The translations under genes and the position numbers were made by a program. Below, piece after piece: positions 39,881-54,430 of a stretch of 64,000 nt of DNA (positions are counted from its first letter, which is position 1; every line of letters begins with the position of its first letter). The stretch is from Phoronis australis (Eukaryota; Animalia; Phoronida): positions 1 to 64,000 of the forward strand of contig NMRA01000243.1 of the NCBI GenBank assembly GCA_002633005.1, given 5' to 3'. The notes under the pieces are model-generated. The model was not told the origin of the DNA and ran no database searches. It saw only the letters and a program-made list of their open reading frames with translations.

Positions 39881-40749
39881 TAGTAAAGGTAAAGACACTA
39901 GGTGGAGCATACTGTCCCCGTGGACGGATGGAGAAAGGTCTGCGTCTGCAGAAAAAACAAACAAATATTTCCAAATGCTACTGAACAGATGAGTTTGTTA
40001 TCAGGCGGGTGATCCTGGTTCCTTACAAAAGAAGGGTCCCTTTTGATGAAAAATTTCCCTAAATATGTGGGTTGATGACGACTCTCTAAAAGGTTGTGAC
40101 TTAACCCCAATTTGACATTGCTAAAAAGTGGAATGATTTCCGAGACAGTCATAATTAGGTAGCCAACTGATTTGGAAATTATTTGCAAAATATACAGGAT
40201 ATATATGTAGTATATGTCCACCTATTTGTCTCATACGTGTTTGAATAATCTGATTGCAATACCGCCATGTGGTATTGTTTTCCGTATTGAACTTCCGGTA
40301 CTACTTTAACAGTGCACTCTGACATGGAAAGTTCTTGAACAGGTAGGCCAATGTCGACGCGACGTCGTTAGCCGGCTCGACCGTCAAACTTTCCCATAAT
40401 ATTTTAAAATAATAAAGACCTTATTCGACGTATCGACCGAGACCGCGTTTCTTCGGTTAGGGGTGCGTTCCTTGGACGCAATGATACCGAGAAAATGTTA
40501 AACCACGCTAGACCACAAAATTACACTAGTGAAAGTTCAGTGTTTAGCCAGTATGTCCAAGATTTAACTCTCATAACCTATAGGAAAATGGCGACCACTG
40601 AAGTAAATGGTCATTGAGATTGGAATGCTGAATTCTGGGATAAAATTCGTTTTTCCGTTTCATAAGCGGATTTTTTGCCTCAGGTACATCGTGTGTTTCA
40701 CAGGTTTAGATAACTCACCACAGGTCATTCAACGTAGTGATCTTTACAG

Positions 40750-40898
40750 TTTCAGCTGCCTCACGCTAGAGGGAGCTCAGGAGGGGCTACGCGCATCATT
40801 CGTAAGGCTTATGAAGAACCGGTGTACGTTAACATGATGATCGACGCTTACCCGATGTGGCACACTCTGGAGAAGGAAACTGGGGTCGACCTTTACAA
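40750..40898 (+). CDS. PIPOX: PIPOX-like right gene, exon 2
   Basis: ttacag|FQLPHARGSSGGATRIIRKAYEEPVYVNMMIDAYPMWHTLEKETGVDLY-K|gtgaga. Confidence 0.92.
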
Positions 40899-43401
40899 GT
40901 GAGAATTCTTTAACGAGATGTGACATAAGCTGACTCACAAAGATTTTTGTCTGTTCGGTTTTGAAACCGTCGTACTGGTGAATAATCTTCACACTTTTCA
41001 TTTTTTCGCCCTCACCTAGAAAAATACAACAAATGACTGAACATCAATATTTTTCAGCATAGCTTACCCTTAAATTAAACACGCAGCACTGTTGCTCAAA
41101 TTTTGCAATTCTTCGCGTAAAAATCACGGTCACCGCACTTGGAGAGTTATGCATTGACCTGTATGCCCAACATGAACTGACAGTTTACGCCAAGACAAGA
41201 ACAACTGAATCCGCTACCTCTTCACTCAACTGTTGCGTGTCCAAAACTTGACGTGAGCTGTCATCTAAGCTGTCGTTCACTTGGGGCAGACAGCTAAGCT
41301 TGTAACTTTTCGTCTGCGGTGGCTCAACCTCCTCTATATAGTTGCCTCCGTAGCTATCTCTCAACAGCACGTATGACGTCATCATCGCTACCGTGATAAT
41401 GGCCATCCTGGCAGAGCAGGGAGTATTCGGCAAAGGTTCCGTGGGCGGGTTCATTCTCTTTAAGGATTACACATACATGTAGTCCTACTCGAAGTTTCCT
41501 TGCCTTTTTTCTTTGATTGCCGCCTTCAGTTCCCTCTCAGAACTCTAGCCCTGGAATTCTAACTTCGATCTCGCGCTGCTGAACTTATACGCATGCGTGG
41601 AATGGTTTGCCTTTGTTTGTTCCGGTGTTGGTATTTGCTAAGGAATTTAGTGTCACTAATAATTTTCGCATCTTCGCCGTTTTTCAACCGAATTGCATAG
41701 CAGTAATATCATTAGAAAATTCTTCATCTGTTTTTGATGATTATATTAAAATCAAATAATAAATAACTTAATTCATTAGTAATTATCACAGCAGAGTGGT
41801 TTAATTTTTTATTCTAAAAACCATGAATGTTACCAAAATGGGTAAAATAACAGTGTGTAATTTTAACATAAAAAGAAATGAACAAGAGCGGTTTTAGAAT
41901 GATTAGTCTAACAAGCTAAAAAATATTTTTTATGATTCAAAAGTTTTCAACCCTACAAAGACAACGATTTTAGAATCTGGAAATGTCACAGTTGCTGTAG
42001 AGACTTAAGGCATGTATCCAAAATTATTCATGTTTTTGTATTATAATTAATTGGACGTTTGGTGCCGTTTTATGCAATTGCATTCTTCAGTAGGAGTTCA
42101 GGATGTAGTGGCATTTGCATAAAATGTGATAAACTAATTACTTCTAAAAGAACTAGTTACATGTATATAAAAATGGCAAACATCTATTACGTATCTTTGA
42201 AATGTTCTGTGGGTGGATCATTACTTTAGTTTCAGTGTAAAAGACTTTGCATATAAAGAAGCTTGTTTCTTCGGAAAGCAAAGATTAGTGACCCTAATAT
42301 GTGTGGTGTATGATAACATGAGCAATGCACACTGGAAAACATTTTTTACGATTGTTACGTTACTAATGACTCCGGAAAACAACAATATTACGTCATAACA
42401 AGGAAACAATGTAACTTTGAACATCTACTACAAAGTTGCCACGGTCAACATTTAAGAACAAAAAATGGAACAACTGGATTGAAAAGCGTTACTTCCGGGT
42501 AAAAAGCGGTCTAAGACAAAACAGGAGAGTGAAACGTTCGCCGTAACACATAAAAAGTCCCGACAGCATTTTTTGTCGAGCGGGAGACGTAACATCCAAA
42601 TATAACAATTTTTTTGCTTTTTAATCGAATGGTAAATTGGGAGTGCCGCAAAAGCCCATGAAAGTCCTGTTTTTTATTTTAAGTCGAACGGTAAAATATG
42701 ACTGTGTTTTGTTAGAAATTACAATATTATAAGCAGATTATTACATAGTGAAGTCGTTCCGTAACCTAGAGCCCGAGTGGTTTTAGGAGAATTATCGCCT
42801 GAGGGGCGCTGTGATACTGCAAAATCCACGAGGGCTCTAGATCAGGGGGATAACGACCGGGAACATGTTATAATCTATTTATACCACATAGTGAATGAGA
42901 AACATTGCAATGAATCAATCTAGCTTTCTCGACTCGTCTCGGCTTTGTTACTACTTTCTGTGTCAAAGGACCGCGGTCGGAGGTCGTGACCTCTTAATAA
43001 ACCCCGAGTTATTCTTGTTAAAATAATGTTTTTTTATTCAAAATCAAATGAAAATTTAAACAAAATAGAACTTAAGTGATTCTACAAAATAAGTTCTAAG
43101 CAACTAGCTTAGTTTACTACACATCTCATCATGCTAAGCTTCCACACTGAAAACATCGTCTGCTAAAGTAGGTTACCACTGGTTACTGAGTAGAATGTCC
43201 AATTCGAAGGATCCCGTCCACATGTTACCCGCATTTATACTGAAGATCGATGATTTACAAGTGAGAGAATTTTGATTGATAAATTTTACTGAATTAAAGA
43301 TGTCGTTTTTATTGAAATTGTGCGTCTTTTTTCACAACGTATAAATGTCGGTACAATCAATGCTGGTTGTTGAACATGCAATTGTTTTGCGTACTCATTT
43401 A

Positions 43402-45470
43402 CACGGGTGAGAAACAACATGACCGCCGGTCCTCCAAATCAGACTGACTCATCACAAAACAGGACCTACAGGGATCAAATGGGACCGCCACACCAGAAAA
43501 TTAGACCGACGCACCTAAAAACATGACCGCCCCATCAAAAACAGGACCGCCGGACACTGAACATGACCGCAGGGGATTGAAACCGCAATGACAAACCCTC
43601 TCAGTTTTATTACGGTCACTTTGACTGTAGGCCTACACAGATCATACAATGGGGCTATATATGTGTGCATAGGTAGGTCTTATGCCGATAAATCCACCGA
43701 AATCCTTTGTGCGGTACGGGACACTTCGCTTAGTAAAACACGGCGCTTTTGAGTTTTACTTCACTAGGCTCTGCTGCGGTATGTGACTTGTCGGCATTTA
43801 CCTAATCAATGTAACCACAAACCAACCACCTTGAACGCTTTTGAGCTAAATAATTATAAATTTTATCCACTGTGTAAGTTTTAGAATAAAATGAAATTCA
43901 TTTTCTCCAATTTGACGTTTTAGTCAAGTAAGAAAACGGGAGTTCTGGCTCTCGGGTGAAGCATCATCATAACTAATCTTGTGCGCAAAGCTGTATACTT
44001 AATATACAGCTTTGCGCCGATGTAAGTAAAAACTGAACAATTAAGTAGAATCTTCACAGAATTAGTGTCAGTATTAACGACACTCTTCCTTGAATAACTA
44101 AATTATTTATCGACGCTCTGGAAAAATCTTTTTTGTCGTTCTGCCGTTATTCTGCTGCTAAAATTGTTATGCGTTCTGTTAGGTCGGCTTTCATTGGCCA
44201 TTTCCTTTTTCCCCTATTCTTCAATCAGCTGTTCTTCTTTTCTTCGAGGTTACGTACATTGCAAAACAAATTATCGAAATGTTTATTAATAAACCCCGGT
44301 AATTAAAATTATACGGATGAAACAAGATTTAAATGTGTGCAGTTTTAGTGTTTGGGGGAGGGCTCAGATCCAATTTCAAGTGTCAAATTCGGAACACAGC
44401 GCATTCGTAATGGAACTATGGCTAAGTATAGGCTCTCTCGCGATATCCCAGGCGACCGGCAGTGGCGCTGCGCACTACGACTCCGTTTCCGTCGTCTGCT
44501 CTACTGTGCGATGAACAAAATTTACTTCATTTTTTAAAGAAAATGGAACCTGAGTGACGATGAAAGAACAGAAGCTGCAGGTAAGATGTGAATTTTAATC
44601 GAAGCCTTAGTGAATCACTCAGAAACTCATAATTCTCTCTTTGTCAAACCTTAACTTAAGACGATTTTCAAAGCAATCCCGTCATTATTGCCTACACGAA
44701 AAACGGATTTGTTCTTTTGGGCATTTGAATATTATTTTAAATACAACAAATTTGTTAAAAACCGATTGCACAAAAGAAAAAAGGGGAAATAAGCATTACA
44801 AAAAAGTAGGTTTTGCGCGCAAACGCTGTGGACCATAAACAAGTAGGTCTCTTAGTATAAGGGTAGCAATTAAATTGTGGTGGCGTAGTGGTAAAGCACG
44901 CGCGCTCTATCCGCCAGGTCGTGAGTTCGAGTCTGCGGTACTGGCAGTTGTTCCTGTTTGACACGTTCTCCATGTTTTTTTTGCTTTTTTTCTTGGATAA
45001 TACTTAGGAATCAAGGAAAATGCTTGATTTTAGAGGAAAAATTTCCTAGGCGGGAAGGGGTCAAACCCCCGTGCCAACCTCCCCCCATTCTGTGCTATGC
45101 GCATCTACAATCGTGATTTGCGCAAATGCTTACGGCCGGACAAAATGTTGCCATCCCCTTGTGATATCCTAGATCCGCCACTGTCTTTACACAGCTTGCT
45201 GACCGGTTACGTCAATAACCCGCAGTATCACACAAAGGCATTGAAACCTACATTTTGTCCGGTGGACATGTTCAGGGGCTAATTTGTGGTGGGGCGGTCA
45301 TGTTTTTAGGTGCGTCTGACGCACCTAAATCATGACCGCCTCACCAGAAAATGGGACTGACTGTCAGTCCCATTTTCTGGTGTGGCGGTCCCATTTGATA
45401 GCCGTACGTCCTGTTTTGAGTGAGTCGATCCGATTTGGAGGACCGGCGGTCATCTTGTTTCTCACCCGTG
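43402..45470. mobile_element. Non-autonomous Transib-like DNA transposon (CAC...GTG ends, >100-bp TIRs, 5-bp TSD ATTTA)
   Basis: cacgggtgagaaacaacatgaccgccggtcctccaaatc... versus ...gatttggaggaccggcggtcatcttgtttctcacccgtg; ATTTA at 43397-43401 and 45471-45475. Confidence 0.75.
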
Positions 45471-45544
45471 ATTTAAGCAAAGGTACTATAAAGTCTTTGA
45501 TTTAAGTCTTCTGTTTTCACGTACGATGATGTCAGCTGCTGAAA

Positions 45545-45790
45545 TGCGCAGTGGCTAAGTTGACGGCTTGAACCTTCAGCGATGTGGGTTCGAATACGCC
45601 CTCGGGATCCCGCCAGAATATTATTCAACACGTACTAAGATGGTTATTCAACGGTTGTATTGGAACTGTCAGACTAATAACGTGCTTTAAAGCAGGTTAT
45701 ACGACATCACCTCAGGCAGTATAAGCTGGACCCTATCAGTGATTTGACTAGGCCTTTGTCTGGTCTCCAGCTGCAGGTAATAAACAGGGT
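45545..45790 (+). mobile_element. tRNA-derived SINE-like element
   Basis: gcgcagtggctaag A-box-like and gggttcgaat B-box followed by a non-tRNA body. Confidence 0.4.
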
Positions 45791-47992
45791 AATTCGGACA
45801 AGTTAATGAGCTACTTTCATTCAGTGAATATGAATGTACTGTTGTCAAATTTAGAATCTAGTTGTAATGGGTTATAAACAGAGGCGGATCTACGGGGGGG
45901 GGGGGTCAGGGAGTTCAAATCCCCCGGCCGTCGGGACAAGATCAAAAATACGAAATAAAAAAATGTCGCCAGGACACCCGGAAATCAGGTACTAAAAACA
46001 AAAAAAAATCTTACACGGGAGGAGGGATACCCTCTGCCGACGTGTACTGGGGCATTGGTTTTGTTTGTTTGTAAACAGTCGAGTCTTATGCTAAGGCAAT
46101 GAATGGTTCGGATGTTCCGGCGTAACATCATGTAAATTTAGGAAGTGTATTTATATGATGTTGACAACAGATGACAACGACTTTCAGACGGATCTGACAA
46201 CCGGTGTATCCCCTAGTGGCAATTTTCGTTTTTTAGAATTAGCTCTGTATCTTCAAAGGTCCTCGACGTATTTTCATAAAATTTGGCACGCTATTCTTCC
46301 GTTTTGGGATGGATTTGACTTAGTTTGCGCCACCTAGAGGCCATTTTTACTGTTTTCAAGTCTGTTTTTTTGAGTCCACCCCTCTATCAACCAAACCGTT
46401 CTAAGGATGATTGTGTTACTACGACGAGGGCAGCTGACGATGATTTTCCGATGACTTCGACTACTGTGGCGCCTCCTAGTGGCCCATGGCTATATCTCCT
46501 AAACCGTTTGCAGGATCTTTACTAAATTTAGCAAGTGTATTTATTATGCGCCCACATATTTATATGTGGACACATTATGCCGTCATCCCCGTCGGTCCGT
46601 TTGGCGTCCGTTGCTCTGTCTCCAAAACCCTTTGACGTGCGTTCACGAAATATTGTACATTTGTTCCTTTCATGAACGGGAGGGCATGACCGAACTTTCG
46701 GACGGATCCGACTACCGGTGTACCCCCTAGTGGCAATTTTATTTTTTTACGTTTACCTATGTATTTTCAAAGGTCCTCAACCTATTTTCATAAAATTTCG
46801 CATGTAGGCATCTATTAGTGAAGTGATGTTATGATCCCGTTTTCTGATGGATTTGACGTAGTTTGCGCCACCTAGTGGCCATTTTTGCTGTTTTCGAGCC
46901 TGTTTTTGGCGTCCACCCCTCTATCAACCAAACTGCTCTAAGGATGATTGTGAAATTTGGCATGTATGTTCCTTCTATGAAAAGGACGTCTGACGCTGAT
47001 TTTCCGACGATTTCGACAACTGTGGCGCCTCCTAATGGCAGTTTTGTTTTTTTTTGCGCCCATGATTGTATCTCCTTAACCGTTAGCAGGAACTTTATTG
47101 AATTTAGCAAGTGTATTTATATGATGCTGACAACAGACAGTGACGTCTTTCAGATGGATCTGGCTACCGGTGTGCCCCTTAGTGGCAATTTTATTTTTTA
47201 ACGTTTACATCTGTATCTTCAAAGGTCTTCGACCCATTTTCATAATATTCTGCATATAGGCATCTATTAGTGAGATGACGCTATCATTCCGTTTTCAGAT
47301 GGATTCGACGTAGCTTGAGCCACCTAGTGGCCATTTTTTACTGTTTTCGAGCCTGTTTTTGGTGTCTACCCCACTATCAACCAAACTGCTCTATGGATGA
47401 TTGCGAAAATTGGCATGTATGTTGTTACTACCACTAGGGCAGCTAACGATAATTTTCCGATGACTTCGACTACCGTGGCGCTTCCTAGTGACAGTTTTGT
47501 TCTTTTTGCACCCATGTCTGTATCTCCTAAACCGTTTGCAGGATCTTTACTAAATTTAGCAAGTGTTTTTATATGATGTTTACAACTGATGACGAAAACT
47601 TTTGAATGGATCTGACTACCGGCGTGCCCCCTAGCGGCAGTTTTAGTTTTTTTAGGTTTACTTCTGTATCTTCAAAGGTCCTAAATGTATTTTCAGAAAA
47701 TTTGGAATACCGGCGATTTGGTGAGATGGTGCTATCCTACCGTTTTCATATGGAATCGAGATACTTTGCGCCATCTAGTGGCTATTTTTCCTGTTTTCAA
47801 GTCTGTTTTGGCGTCCACCCCTCGATCAACCAACCATTCTAAGGATGATTTTGAAAATGGGCGTATATGTTCTCGGTGTGAAGAGGACGGTAGACGATGA
47901 CGACGTCGACTACTGTGGCGCCTCCTAGTGATAATTTTTTTGTTTTACACCCATAGCTCCATCTCCTAAACCCCCTGCAGGAACTTTCTTAA

Positions 47993-49549
47993 GGTAGGTG
48001 TATACACTGATCAAATCTCCAGGTTCCTAACTAAAATGAGTAAAAAGGGAGTTTTAACTAGTTAGACATGACTCTGAAAGTGACAAAAATCGAAAAAAAA
48101 GTTTTCTTTGTAGTTCGTTTTTTTTAAAAATTGTATTTTTTAATTTTCAAAAAATCCAATTTTACCTCGATTTTTTTTCAAAATGTACAGGGATCATCAT
48201 CAACTGTTTCCTTACGCAATATTCTACTTATCCATACCAAATATATGTACAAAATCATTATGATCTTGATTTTGTGGCATTTTTTGTGTGTGAGTTGGGG
48301 CAAGCACGCCACTTTTTGTCATTTGGTCACTTTCCGTCTAATAACTAAAAATCTGGTCCATTTATCAAAAAACCCTGGCACGCGATTTTACTTCAGTCCA
48401 AGAGGATTTCAAATTTGCAACTTTCGTTAAAATTGACCCACGTGTTGTGGAAAAATAGGCCCGAGAATCGTGTCACTATCCTGAAATCACGAGCCGAGAA
48501 AAACGGCTTTGAAGTTAAGCGGTCATCGATTGCCACTTGAGATCAAATTTCGTTCAGAATGCGTGGTCATTATGTTCCAATTTTTGTTGAAGTACTAGAA
48601 ATAAAGCTGATATTTACTTCATATTTAGAAAATGTGACATACCTGTTTGTTTACAGCGTAATTTTAATCATTTTTTCGAACTTGTGATGCACGACAGACG
48701 ACCAAAACAAATATGGCTGTCACGTGGGCGGAGCTTAGCGTTGATCTATTGTCTGCTGTACTGGTGTGCCGACCACCATGTGTTGATTGTTTATACGATT
48801 CATCTGAACTCTCCACTCAGTTTGTAAAAGACTCTCTAACTATATTACACAGACCTATTTGTTAGTATTCCAATATTATCATCAACCAATATATGTGTTA
48901 TATCAAATCGCCGCGTTACTGCCTACATAACAATATTGGCGACGAGGATAAAGAACTACTTTCATAGTAATGGTTCAACATTTTTACGTGCCTGTACCGA
49001 ATGGACTTTGGGATAAGAAAATATCACTTTCTGCGCAAATAGCGCCGCTTGGGTGAGATTCTCAAGTTACTAAAGTTTCTTATATTGCTTTCCTCTAAAA
49101 TCGTATAATATCATGAGTTTTAATTCAGGGTTACGTTTGAATCTATGCACTAGAAAATTTTTTGTTATGTTGAACACTGGGTCATTTCTCTAATTCTTTG
49201 GGTTACGGCCAGTGGCAAGTTAAAAATCCTCTGGGTTTGACAGCCTAGTTTCTCCACGGCGCGTTCCCAGCACAGAAGCACGGTTTATCTGCGAAGACTC
49301 TACTCTGACGGCATGTAGTTGTCCATGTGTCCTTGTATATAAGCTCCGCCCCAGTTGTCAATCACTGAGCTGGTGAGCACTCAAGCCATATGACTTACTG
49401 AGGCTTGGTCAAATATAGCTAAAAACAACTTTGGATTTTCAGAATGATTTTATTTTTCTTCAGTATACTGTGCATCAAGAATTAAAGATTAGGATGACAT
49501 AAAAATGTAAAAAACAGTCGAAATTAATTTTTTTGTGTATCCACCTACC
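47993..49549. mobile_element. Non-autonomous Kolobok-like DNA transposon (TTAA TSD, 15-bp TIR)
   Basis: ttaa|ggtaggtgtatacac ... gtgtatccacctacc|ttaa; removing it restores the host tandem unit. Confidence 0.8.
48682..48950 (+). mobile_element. Possible Gypsy LTR plus primer-binding-site remnant
   Basis: TG...acataaca followed by atat-tggcgacgagga, a common Gypsy PBS. Confidence 0.35.
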
Positions 49550-52273
49550 TTAAATTTAGTAATTGTATTTATATGATGGTAACAATAGACGACGACGTCT
49601 TTCTGTCGAATTCAGCGAATGCTGTGCCCCATAGTGGCACTTTCATATGTTCCGTTTTCTTTTCATGAAATTTGGTAAACAGTTTCTATTAAAGAAGCAA
49701 TGCCATGATTCCGTTTTCAGATGGATTGGACATTTTTGCGCCATCTATTGGCCAGTTTTATGAAACAAATAAACAGCCCTTGAAGAACACCATTTGCGGT
49801 GCATTCGTGAGCGCATGTCAACGCTCTGCGTTACTCTCGTATGTTATAGAAAACGCGCATGTATAAACCGGAGGCTAACTACTCAGTTCACTGCTCGAAG
49901 TAGACTCTTATCGAGTTTCAAAAGAAATCATAACATTTGTTGTTTTCGCTGAAGTTCAACTAAAATCAATTTCCCCACAGGCTACAATATGTACCTTTAT
50001 TGATGAACTGTCAGTTTAAGACATTTAAAAATATTTCTTTCACATAGCTACGCGCGTAGTAATACTGTATAGACAATCAAATCAGCTGATCCGAATTACA
50101 GCTATCTCCCACAAAACGTGTCCATTTTTGTGGGAGAAAGGTCAATACTCATGAAACATGAAATCAAACGTCTTAATTCTCCAGGCAACTCTTATCTTGA
50201 AGTAAAATAAAAAGTGATCAAACGGGAAGATTTGCGGTTTCTGACCGTCCGGAGTAGCTCGCCTGCCTACTCCGTACGGTCTATCACGACAATATAGCGT
50301 TATAGAAATATGGGTAGTGATTTGGTGGAGGGATGATCAGAGTAAAGTACTTAAACGAGACCGAAGTTCGAGTGAAAATACATCACATCAGCACGTCATA
50401 TACATTTTTATACTACACATTTCGGGATTTTTCATTGCGTTTCTTTGCTCAGACTAGCGCGTAGGAATGCACGTCATGAAACTTTAGTCCACATAAATTA
50501 TCTAGGTCGAAGCAAAACAACAGAGCAGAATCGTGGATAATCTTTAATTTCTTAAGTTTCAAACTAGCATATCAAGATTAGGACAAGGTTAACACACTTT
50601 AAATATTCGACGAACTGTTTGTAACTACTATGGAACTGGAATTGAAAGAAATTTAACTGTAAATAGGAAACCAAACGTCGGCTGGTCCATCTTGACTCAG
50701 TCAGACGGCGGAAAGTGAGCAGACGACATTGATGAATTGCATTAAATTGATATTTGCATCATATTTTCGTGGGAATTTATTTCGCGGTTTTATTTTGATT
50801 TGTTAGAATGTATATTTTTGTTTGCATCTAAACTAGGTAACGAGTATTGTTGCATTCCCAGTGACCTAGTGACCTAGAGCTTATTTGTGACTTGCGTCGA
50901 TCAAAAACTTTATCGGATCATTCTTGCTTCATATTGCGTTGTTTTACTCAAAGTTTTGGTAATTACTATAAGGTATAATTGCAATGTATATATTATCTTA
51001 CTTTAGGTTCTTTTTTAGCTTTAATTCAGTCGGTAAACGTTGTATTTTCGGATTGTTTTCTGGTAATCGGCGGTTGACCCAGATAAATAAGAATTCCGAG
51101 ACCATAGACATTTTGATGTCTATGTCCGAGACCATATGAGTTATCCTTTTGCAGAGAAAGTAATCCGTAGCACGAGACTTTATTTGTCAGTAGTTATTTG
51201 TCAGTGGACCAGTTACTTGACTCTTACACGTCCGTTTAATGTACAGCGTGTACATGTGTGGTATAAATGCTAATATGGCAAATTTCGCCGTGTGTCAAAA
51301 TGTCATTTTGATGGTGTGGCGGGATGGCGGGAAAATTGGGACAGTTCGCTAAGAGCGGGGCAACTGGAAGAAAACTTTTCATTTGGTGATTGCAGAAATT
51401 TTATTTCACTTGTATAGGCCTACTGCTCAGAAATCGAAATAACAAAATGGCATCTGGACAACAGGTAAATATTGCACAACTGAAATATTATTATAAAAAC
51501 AATTGAAAACAATAATAATATGTCCATGCAGTTACACACACACGCACACACGCACACACACACACACACACACACCCACATGCAAACACTCAGCTACAGA
51601 ATAACGAGTATTTTTTCGAAATGTACATATATAAACACACCTGTAAGTAGGGCCTAACCTTTTCATTTATAATCGCAGGACCGTAAACTGCTGTCAACAT
51701 GATTTCAACATTAAAAATGTGTTATTGAAAAAATCCTGGCATGTAGCTTGATAGACTGTCGAGATAAAAGATGTAAGAGGTCAGACTATTCTCGGCATCC
51801 AGCCAGGGCCACGGGTCGATGAGCATAAAGAGCGACCAATATAATTGTCAGATTTGTTGGCTAATTTTGCCGAAAAATCGCTGATTTGCTGGAACCGTAC
51901 CTCAAGATCACGCTTGATAAACAACAATGACAAAATGAAATGAAGCAACGAAATTAGGCTTGATTTGATAACTTACGCTCGACCTAAGCTGACGACCAGA
52001 TAGCCGGAAATTCACAGTCCAAACTCTCGCTGCTAATAATAGAATATATACAGTAGGTCACGTGCTAGATTTGGCATTTCAGGGTTAGCGCGCTATGGTT
52101 TCCTTAAAGAAGAATGCCATTCGATTTAATTAGTCTTTTTTACGGTCTTTAAAATCGGTCTACATCAAAATTGCCTCTTATACAGTCGACCTCACCTTGC
52201 CGAGAGGTGTCGCGATAACCTGTGAGGAAAGTGAGAAACGACGCAGCGACGTTAGTGGTTCGTCTGCAGAGCG

Positions 52274-52500
52274 AATGCCGTTATATTGCGGTGCATCGTT
52301 CCGGTTTGTCCGAACTATGAAGCTGCGAAGAAAGCGCGTATATAGTTTTTTCGACTTTCTCGAGAGCCGGAAATGCTTAGAAAGTGGCTCGTGGTAGTGA
52401 AGAATGAAAGGTACGTTGTTAATAGCAAGTATGAGGCCGTGAAACATCTCCGTGTCTGTGGCCGGCATTTCGTCGACAGTGATTTCTCTGACGAATTCCG
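52274..52500 (+). pseudogene. Degraded THAP domain (DNA-transposon remnant)
   Basis: MPLYCGA..(fs)CPNY...*FFRLSREPEMLRKWL...LRVCGRHFVDSDF = C2CH THAP signature. Confidence 0.7.
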
Positions 52501-53189
52501 GCTTAACAAAGAACTATCTATACTTTCCGTTGCCTGTGCATGTTCACGGCGCCTCTCTAGTATTTCTCGATAGTGTATTCTGGTTCGAACTGATAGCTTG
52601 TGAAACCTAACGATCCGACCCGTGAAGTGTTCGTCGGAGGAGCTTTTGACTAAGTCGGGATTGGCGCCGGGCGAATTGCAATGTAGACGTTTATTATTCT
52701 GCGTTGTTTCAAAATGAATTGTTCTCATCCTAACCAATGCTTATATAAAACTGAAACAAAGTCTGTCTCATTAGATACAATGTGTGATGCCTCTGGAGTA
52801 TTCGTGAGTGCAAATGTTTTGAGAAGCCAGCAATGAATAAACCACTGCGTTAACGGCTTTTGATGTCCGCAATAAAGGTAATTGACCGGGCACCGAGGCC
52901 TTGTGAACAGAAACAGAAGCTGCTGTGAAACAATTATTCCATTTTATATGCTATGCTCATGTTAGGGGAATCTTTATTTAGAAATACCCAATACACTATT
53001 CAAATCATTGTTACTGTGCAACCTTTGCCCTTACGGTCTGTGGAAAGGGAACCCGACTTCGCGGCTCCCGACAAGTAAGTAGATTTTCAGTTTCGTGGCC
53101 AATTCCTATAAATAATTACGTGCACATTATTTCTTTGGCTCACCATTATAGTCTTTTCGTGACTAGAGGTTTACTTTCCAACTCAAGCT

Positions 53190-53320
53190 GGTTTATGTTC
53201 GTGGCAGTCCCGGCAGCCGCGACGGGCCTGATCGGGTTCCGAGCCACTGGACGGGAGTAACGAGTCAGTCCGGTGGCAACGGGCCTGATCGGGTTCCGAG
53301 TCACTGGCCGGGATAACCAG
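53190..53320. repeat. Two-copy ~57-bp tandem repeat
   Basis: cgggcctgatcgggttccgag.cactgg.cggga twice. Confidence 0.75.
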
Positions 53321-54430
53321 CGTTTTGTGTGTTTAGAACTCAAAATATCACAAGTCTAAACAACACAGATCAAAGTTCTCCTTTCTGTATTTCGCGGAAG
53401 AATACTTCGAATTTACCTCCGCAGAGACCCCAAACTCCTGCTACGGACCTTGGCAAATTGACCTGCCGAACTTTGTAGGCTACGGTGTGTCCTAATACCA
53501 ATAAATCCGTAACAGCGAAATTAAACAACACATTTGTAAGAACGCGGTGTACTTTTAAGGGTTTTACATCGAAGTTTGGTGATTCATTGGTGTTAAACGA
53601 TGAACTCAAGCGATAAGCTGACACCAGTAACCCATGTTGTGAATTGCTGAACAGGCTGCGGGTGAAACCAATGACGTCATTGGATAATTTCAACACCTCC
53701 GTCTGCCGTCAGGTGTCAGGTAACTCAACCGAACATGCCGTTATCGAGTAGAACTACTCTACCTAAATTGATACAAAATAGGTTGTTTTTGGGTGGCATT
53801 TTGCTTTAACTCTGATGCATAGGAGTTTCCAATAACAAATTGCCAATGTTGTAAGAGTTCAGTTGCTGTCCAGAACACAGAATCTATCACCTTTAATTGT
53901 CAGCAGATGATTTTGTAGGACTGGAAGGTTTTCAAGAAACCTGAGACCTTCTTGAATAATTCTCGTACTTAGTGTTTACCTGCTTGTCTATGTGCTTATC
54001 TGTCTGCATCATTCTCAGCTTTTTTGCCTGCCTGTCTGCTAATCTTCCTATCTGTATGTACGTCATGGCTACTTTTGCTTATCTAATGTAAATTATATAC
54101 CCATTTGAAGAAGGTACGCGAAATAGCCATGTTAAGACGCTGAATAGTTCATGAAAGTGTACGCCTCCCTCCGTCAGTAAATCCAAAATGAAGACAGTTG
54201 CATCTCACTACTTGAAGCGTTACGAAGGATATTAGCCACAGGGGGGGTGAACAGATCTAACCAAGTAGATAGTATAGCGCTGGAAAGAAAACGATATGGT
54301 TTGTAGACTTTGTATTTCTGCTTTTCATCTGCACACCCCATGTAAATCTGGATGATTAAGCATATCTCTGACATTCCACTGCTTCAAGTTCGTCACTTCT
54401 TCCCACATCCACCTGCCTTATGCTTTTCAG

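Larger units (their letters stand above)
46130..49841 (+). mobile_element. Helentron-associated element (HINE/DINE-1-like) with ~450-bp internal tandem array, interrupted by a TTAA element; partial extra unit at 46130-46540
   Basis: Sub-TIR atgcgcccac (46546) / gtgagcgcat (49807), 3' hairpin aacgctctgcgtt; repeated unit aatttagcaagtgtatttat...cctagtggc at 46524, 47100, 47551, 49553. Confidence 0.75.

Noticed and set aside
41185-41454. 89-aa minus-strand ORF with a weak hydrophobic segment in PIPOX intron 2
   Set aside because: No recognisable domain or partner exons
44876-44945. tRNA-like sequence with A and B boxes
   Set aside because: No convincing cloverleaf; embedded in a transposon, so treated as a tRNA-derived relic
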